DNA of 64,000 nucleotides from the IMG/VR virus record IMGVR_UViG_3300045988_082903, positions 1 to 64,000 of that record, one strand, 5' to 3'. The translations under genes were made by a program, and so were the position numbers. Below the pieces are notes generated by a model. It was not told the DNA's origin. It did no database searches and saw nothing but the letters and a program-made list of their open reading frames with translations. Position 1 is the stretch's first letter. Each line of letters starts with the position of its first letter. Positions 60,900 through 64,000 of this stretch are shown piece after piece. Source of the stretch: a virus.

Positions 60900-61318
60900 C
60901 TTTCAAAACCTTTTATCTTTTTTACTTCTGCCAAAGCTTTTAAGTGTTTTTTCTTAATATGTATTTCAGAATAACCCATCTCATCTGCAATGCGAACCAA
61001 AGATTTGTACTCAACATAGTGCTTAAATAATATGTCATATAGTAATGGATCTTCAACCTGTTCTATGGTTCGGACTATTTCTTGTCTTTTTTGTAAAAAT
61101 TCAGATATCATTTCTGAAATCTCTTCTCGCAGATCAAATATCTTCGCAATCATATCTCCCATCGGATCACGTTTTACAGAAGTTTGTACCTTTTCTCCAA
61201 CAGGAATTGCAGATACACTTGTGGAAAGAGAACTGAGCTGTTCTTCTTCGATAAGCTTGTTTTTGATTCTGTTATCATAATTTTCAATCTGGCGTAAATA
61301 TTGAGTTGCAGTCATCAT
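60896..61318 (-). CDS. Sigma-region-4-like late regulator candidate (DUF1492/ArpU-RinA-like)
   Basis: 140 aa; C-terminal YDILFKHYVEYKSLVRIADEMGYSEIHIKKKHLKAL HTH; N-terminal coiled region. Confidence 0.6.
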   Translation of the reverse strand: MMTATQYLRQIENYDNRIKNKLIEEEQLSSLSTSVSAIPVGEKVQTSVKRDPMGDMIAKIFDLREEISEMISEFLQKRQEIVRTIEQVEDPLLYDILFKHYVEYKSLVRIADEMGYSEIHIKKKHLKALAEVKKIKGFER

Positions 61319-61321
61319 ATT

Positions 61322-63064
61322 CTATCTCCTTCCCCACATAAAATTTTTGGTTGCTTTTACTTCTGCAAATCTTTTTCCAGCAAGTGTTATTGCAAGCTGT
61401 GTAACTCCATCTGCGGCGTCATCATGCTCATTATCGCCAATATATACAAAGGTCGTTAATTCATCCATAGCCTTTTGATACTGCTTGTCTTGATATTTCG
61501 GAGCCAAAAATATGAAATTCTGCTTAACATCCCCGGAATACTGATTTATTTTTTCTTTTTTTGCTTGTTTTGAAGGTGCTTTTGTACTTGTCGTGCTGCA
61601 AGCGTATTTATGTTCCTTCAACCGTTCATTTACATAATAGGCATACATATCTCCACCATTATTCGCTTCAAAATTAATGGATTGAATATTATTACCCATG
61701 ATTCTTCCAACAACTAATGGCAATGTTCCTTCTTTTGGCGCTGTGCTAAAAATCCAGTCATATATATACACATCTCCATTTTCGTATTCTGCACCCACTG
61801 GCATTGATAAGCTATCGCCACCACCCCACGCAACATCGCAAGCAGAAACATTTTTAACAAATCCACCTTCTGGAAGAACGCCGTTATAATATCTCAATTC
61901 GTCAGCTGCAAACACAATTCCTTCACGTAAGAAGGGCTTTTGCTGATATTTGGCTTCCCATTCGTTAGCGTCTAACCTAGCTTTCATATCGACATAATAT
62001 TTTGTTGAAAATCCAACGCCATACTCATAATCGAAATTCGATTTACCTTCATCATTCAAAGCTGGAATTTTTCTAAACCGATACATTGGATTATCGTGAT
62101 TTAGCTTCTCGATTTTTCCGAGAGGGTCATATAAATTCCATCTAGTTCCAACCATAAGCTCCCTTGCGCCGTCAATCTTACGGTCAACCATCTTATTCAG
62201 ATATTCTTGATATGTATTTTCTAATCGGGTGGGGCTTAATGAATGTTGTCTATCTCTTACAAGGTCATCCACGTACAAATACCCATCAGAAGAAATATCA
62301 ACGGCACCCGTCCAAGTTCCTTCAATACCACGGCAAGTCATTGTTGCAAATCTGTCTGGCTTGTCCAGGTTTATTTCAAAATCATCAGCACTCTGTTTTT
62401 GAAGTTTCGACTGTGGAAAAATTTCACTGTAGTTATATTCCTGTGTATTAATGAGATTAAGAAGTTCTCCGTAAAATCCTTTTGCCAGCTTTCCAGAATG
62501 ACCACCCATGGCACTATGGCTATTCGGTCTTTTACCCATTATCCAAGACATAAAGAAAATACACATAGTAGATTTTCCAACACGGCTTGGAAGCGATAAA
62601 CCATAAAACTCTATCTTTCTTTCTTCCAAATCTTGTAGGTCTTTGGCTACCACATGTAGTGTTTTTCTTCGTGGAATATAAAATTTCTTGCTGTCTGGTC
62701 TATTTTTTTCCATATAAAGCAAGTAACTTTCAAATAAATGTGGTGCTTCTAGTAACAAATACTGCCAGTAGATATCATCAAAATCACCACTGCCAGTTAA
62801 TGCGGCACACTTCTCTGCTATGTTATGTGAGTATTGACTTACTTTCATAGCCATTTTCCGTGCTTCTTGGTTCTTGTCGAAAGGAAGGTCAATATTCATA
62901 TTTAAGAGCAAATCAAGGCAATCTTTTTGATTCTGATAGATTGTCATGTCACTACTGATAATCTGATTTAGGACCGTCCGATACCATTCAAGCGAACCTT
63001 CTGTGAATTTTTGCATAAAAAAAGCCAGACCTCCTTTCATTTTAGGATTTAGTCTGGCTCTCAT
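61322..63064 (-). CDS. Terminase large subunit
   Basis: Walker A SRVGKST, C-terminal nuclease-like part; start uncertain (63064, 63040 or 63016). Confidence 0.85.
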   Translation of the reverse strand: MRARLNPKMKGGLAFFMQKFTEGSLEWYRTVLNQIISSDMTIYQNQKDCLDLLLNMNIDLPFDKNQEARKMAMKVSQYSHNIAEKCAALTGSGDFDDIYWQYLLLEAPHLFESYLLYMEKNRPDSKKFYIPRRKTLHVVAKDLQDLEERKIEFYGLSLPSRVGKSTMCIFFMSWIMGKRPNSHSAMGGHSGKLAKGFYGELLNLINTQEYNYSEIFPQSKLQKQSADDFEINLDKPDRFATMTCRGIEGTWTGAVDISSDGYLYVDDLVRDRQHSLSPTRLENTYQEYLNKMVDRKIDGARELMVGTRWNLYDPLGKIEKLNHDNPMYRFRKIPALNDEGKSNFDYEYGVGFSTKYYVDMKARLDANEWEAKYQQKPFLREGIVFAADELRYYNGVLPEGGFVKNVSACDVAWGGGDSLSMPVGAEYENGDVYIYDWIFSTAPKEGTLPLVVGRIMGNNIQSINFEANNGGDMYAYYVNERLKEHKYACSTTSTKAPSKQAKKEKINQYSGDVKQNFIFLAPKYQDKQYQKAMDELTTFVYIGDNEHDDAADGVTQLAITLAGKRFAEVKATKNFMWGRR

Positions 63065-63203
63065 GTGGCTCTCTTGACTTTTCTTTTTGTTTTTTGTATT
63101 CTAAATATTTTTCAAAACTATATTTTTCACAATATCTACAATTTTCTAATCCATCTGGTTATGGATGTATACACGGAATGTTTCTTAATTTGAACCATAC
63201 AAT

Positions 63204-63407
63204 TTAATCACTTAACTTTCTGCAAATTTCAATAAAATCTGACTTACTAAGTTCTTTCAGCTTGTCAGCATATTTTGGAAATTCATGTGTATATATCGGA
63301 TGACCTAAAAGTTTTTCTGCGTATTCGTATGCAAGTTTTCGGTCATCCCCTGTAAGCATACAAATTCCTGTATAGGTTTCAATTACTACGGCTTCTTGTT
63401 TTGTCAT
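63204..63407 (-). CDS. Hypothetical protein
   Basis: 67-aa ORF. Confidence 0.5.
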   Translation of the reverse strand: MTKQEAVVIETYTGICMLTGDDRKLAYEYAEKLLGHPIYTHEFPKYADKLKELSKSDFIEICRKLSD

Positions 63408-63428
63408 ACATATCCTTTCTTGATAAAA

Positions 63429-63623
63429 TCATCTTTTTAATTCTGAAAAAATATTTTCAATTACTTTCCACTCTGCGAATACTGCCATAAACAGTAATGG
63501 TACTGCCGAAAATCCCCAATGATTTTCAACCATTATTTGAATTGTGGCTATCAAATAATCTGCTACCCACTTGAATATAATAAAATTCGCAATTATCCAA
63601 CATATTTTTCTTGCCTTCTTCAC
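63429..63623 (-). CDS. Small membrane protein
   Basis: 64 aa with two hydrophobic helices. Confidence 0.45.
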   Translation of the reverse strand: MKKARKICWIIANFIIFKWVADYLIATIQIMVENHWGFSAVPLLFMAVFAEWKVIENIFSELKR

Positions 63624-63638
63624 TCAATAGACCTCCAT

Positions 63639-63920
63639 TTATTTCCACGGTATATTATCATTTTCGTGTTCCAAAAAGAAATCAACCTTGTCAACATATC
63701 CTTTAGCTATCAGTTTTTTTACACAATCATCAACTCTTACAGGAGATGTATACCTTGTAAATTCATTTGAATATACAGTCTTGGCTGTAATATTTCCGCA
63801 TATTTTGCATTTTTTTACAATATAAGCATTTATATGAGTACCATTTCCGTAATCTATTCTGTCATAGCATTTCCCAATTTCCTCATATAGGTGGGAACAT
63901 TTTTCTTTAAACCAATTCAT
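63639..63920 (-). CDS. Hypothetical zinc-ribbon protein
   Basis: 93 aa, C..H...CKIC. Confidence 0.5.
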   Translation of the reverse strand: MNWFKEKCSHLYEEIGKCYDRIDYGNGTHINAYIVKKCKICGNITAKTVYSNEFTRYTSPVRVDDCVKKLIAKGYVDKVDFFLEHENDNIPWK

Positions 63921-64000
63921 ACATTCACCTCACTGGAATCCCTAATTGTTTGTAGGTAAATACGGCAGTGTACTTCTTCCCACATTTGTAGCAAGTTTCT

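Larger units (their letters stand above)
1..64000. mobile_element. Temperate siphovirus-type phage / prophage genome segment (window lies entirely inside it)
   Basis: Contiguous integrase, repressor/Cro switch, replication-recombination, packaging, head, tail and lysis modules; no obvious host housekeeping genes; no tail sheath gene. Confidence 0.9.

Noticed and set aside
63072-63100. Plus-strand TTGACT-17-TATTCT promoter-like match upstream of the terminase
   Set aside because: The -10 is weak, there is no associated terminator or ORF, and such matches are expected by chance in AT-rich DNA.

Overview
The whole 64-kb window reads as one AT-rich temperate siphovirus-type phage or prophage from a Gram-positive (Bacillota/Clostridia-like) host. 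It holds about 105 tightly packed genes, nearly all on the minus strand, with GGAGG-type ribosome-binding sites.

Gene order on the minus strand, from 64000 down to 1:
- small genes, then the large terminase
- a sigma-region-4 (DUF1492-like) regulator
- portal, scaffold, a decoration-like protein, major capsid and connector
- a roughly 4.3-kb non-canonical insert: XhlA-like protein, small sigma-r4 HTH, Q/P-rich protein, Gly/Asn/Cys-rich membrane protein, Cys-containing beta-rich protein, RMGY-repeat protein and two HExxH proteins
- head-tail joining genes, a holin-like gene, major tail, and chaperones with a -1 slippery site
- a 1579-aa tape measure
- a roughly 7.7-kb bidirectional accessory island: HNH fusion protein plus iteron-like repeats, membrane protein, DUF1653-like protein, secreted Big_2 protein, two RHH regulators, ORF6N, Bro and Rha antirepressor-type genes, and an HNH
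- a small tail protein and the 1289-aa tail fibre/Tal
- a GIY-YIG homing endonuclease and an amidase endolysin
- a plus-strand orphan LytTR response regulator
- a divergent XRE-repressor/Cro-like switch
- a roughly 25-kb early region: antirepressors, RecT, Rad50/SbcC-like ATPase, two tandem-OB SSB paralogues, MBL-fold hydrolase, a frameshifted canonical SSB, GIY-YIG, MazG-like, HNH, DUF4317-like, replisome organiser and G39P-like loader
- a large serine recombinase at the left edge

Most notable observations:
1. A 27-bp box (ATGATACC[A/G]AAGTATACTGAATGATAC) occurs three times. Each copy is followed by an extended -10 and then immediately by an intrinsic terminator, ahead of the head, tail and distal-tail/lysis gene blocks. 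This resembles a lambda Q-like antitermination layout for late genes.
2. Two non-structural islands interrupt the morphogenesis modules. One carries 11-bp-phased iterons and hexamer repeats next to an HNH fusion protein.
3. Three genes are disrupted: SSB and one Bro by homopolymer frameshifts, and the second Bro by an in-frame TAG. The second Bro also has a leader with mutually exclusive hairpins around its SD.
4. Several plus-strand promoter+terminator cassettes have no ORF and are candidate antisense RNAs.
5. The LytTR regulator sits behind a 9-12-9 direct-repeat site.

All family names come from motif recognition by eye and need HMM or BLAST confirmation.
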